Shown: in pieces, positions 62,247 through 64,000 of the stretch
How the letters are laid out: every line of letters starts with the position of its first letter
Numbering within the stretch: the stretch's first letter is position 1
Assembly (NCBI RefSeq): GCF_964213995.1
Contig: NC_135815.1
Span: 1,612,001-1,676,000, forward strand
Reading direction: 5' to 3'
Length of the DNA: 64,000 nucleotides
DNA from: Mustelus asterias
Taxonomy: Eukaryota
Position numbers and translations under genes: made by a program
The notes under the pieces: generated by a model
Seen by the model: the letters and a program-made list of their open reading frames with translations, nothing else
The model's database searches: none
What the model was told of the DNA's origin: nothing

Positions 62247-64000
62247 GGCTAACAAGCAGCCATGGGTCCAGGGTTAAAACATTAGCTTTATGGTAGTTCT
62301 GATGGACAAGAACTGTGCTCCTATTGGTTGGGCACCCACAGCCTGAACAGAAGCAGCTCATTCAGGGACAGTGTGTGATTGCCCCCTGGTGGGAAAGGAG
62401 CTAAAATCAGTCCCCAAAAATAAACTCAACACAGAAAAATATCATAAAGCGTTTTCGACAGGTGGGGAGGGCAATTTTACTGCGAGGCTCAAATATTCCC
62501 ATTGCATTTTAAATTGTAAACTTGATTGGCTCACATTTAGTTCCTTTCTATTGGAGGATCTGCTACTTCCTGTGGCTATGGATTGTGGGATTGTTGCTGC
62601 AAGTACTTTGGAGAACATAAATACTTGATGTCCTCATTCCCAGAAAGACCCATTCGCTCCCCTTCACTGATTATTCCCTGCTACAGATCCCAACTCTCTT
62701 CCATCGAGTCTGTGGAGGTGGGTGATGGGTCTCAAAGGGTGATAGGCTTCCAGATTCTCAGCTAAATCGATGGAGATGTCAGAAGTGGAGAGCTGGAGTG
62801 AGAAATGGCTGGGGACTGAGGGTGAGGAACTCTTAACTGGAGTAAAGTGCTGAAGTCAGGCCAGCTAGTTTCCAAAGATTGGCCAAGGAAGGTGGAGGTA
62901 CAGCCTACATCATCTCCACCAATCATGACTCCTCATTTACCAATCTCTTTCGCTCTTGGTATCTGGGTATCAGAGGGGATCTCATTGTAACTCAGGACAG
63001 TCCCCACAAATATTCAAACAATTTCTTCATTCAGAATCATTGACAACTCTAACCCTACACAACACAAGAGTTAATGCTGGCCTATGTGCACATTTCATTC
63101 AAAAGGACATCTCAACATGGAATGCATGGACATAAAAGTAAAATACTGCAGATGCTGCAAATCTGAAATAAAAACAGAATATGCTGGAAAAACTCAGTAC
63201 ATCTAGCTGCGTCATAGAGTGATAGAGGTTTACAGCATGGAAACAGGCCCTTCGGCCCAACTTGTCCATGCCGCCCTTTTTTGTTAAACCCCGAAGCTAG
63301 CCCAATTGCCCGCATTTGGCCCATATCCCTCTCTGTGGAGAGAGAAACAGAGTTAACGTTTTGAGTCTGTGTGAGTTCAGAGCTGAGGAGAGGGGGAAAT
63401 GTGATGGTGTCACTCCTGTTTAAGGGAGGGAGGAGCAGCTGGAGCAGAATAGAAGGCCAGTGTGTGGGTGGGTTCTTATTTGAAGTTGTTGAGTTCTGAG
63501 GGCTGGAAGATGAGGTGCTGTTCCTCCAGTTTGCGTTGAGCTTCACTGGAAGATTGCAACGGGCTGAGGATGGACTTGTGGACAGGAGAGCAAGATGCTG
63601 AGTTAAAATGGCGACAGGAAGAGTTGTCGCTCAGCCTCTGTGAGGGAGAGGTCAGTACGCCAGACAACAACAACCTTGTCAGCAGGTTTGATCACAAGGT
63701 CAGATTTCACCGGAGAGACAGCGTGCAGCAAGTTCAGAGGGAGACAGAGTGAGAGGGACAGAGATACTGAGACGGCCAATGTCATGCCAACAGTTCTCAA
63801 TGGAAAGATCACTAGGAGGCCAGAGGGAGGGGGTCCAGGTAGCAGGAGGAAATTGGATGCGGATGAAAGGATTGGTTAGCAAGGGGAAAAACTCTTGCCC
63901 AAAGATGTGAGCACGGAGACGAAAGCGACGGAAGAAGAATTCGGCTTCGTGCCGAGCCTGAGGTTCATTGAGGCGAGGACAGAAACTGAATCCTCTGCTG

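Noticed and set aside
62250-63120. Search for the leader exon and promoter of VJ exon C; several CCAAT motifs at about 62320-62555
   Set aside because: No ATG-hydrophobic-GT phase-1 exon found on the minus strand; short motifs alone do not support a promoter call.

Overview
Eukaryotic, repeat-rich vertebrate DNA. The HE1/V-SINE-type SINEs and CR1, Tx1, Rex1/Babar and Penelope retroelements point to a cartilaginous fish (shark); this is inference, not a database result. Most long ORFs in the track are transposon fragments or minisatellite artefacts. The host content is a set of immunoglobulin-superfamily exons in which V and J-like segments are already joined in the genome, with no recognisable RSS: 2714-3058 (+), 51742-52086 (-) and 61272-61625 (-). 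Reading splice sites by hand on the minus strand gives a receptor gene whose downstream exons the ORF track does not assemble: VJ (52086-51742), transmembrane exon (51617-51483) and three cytoplasmic exons (51288-51227, 47835-47794, 47695-47660). All phases are compatible and the tail carries two Y-x-N motifs (YENI and YM|NV). The 61.6 kb VJ exon may be an upstream first domain of the same gene, giving VJ-VJ-TM-cyt. No leader exon was found. The left 20.7 kb is almost entirely a mosaic of four blocks that are paralogous to the right part of the window, three inverted and one direct. One homology boundary falls exactly at the V/J (CDR3) junction, so a 98%-identical V is joined to two different J-like ends.
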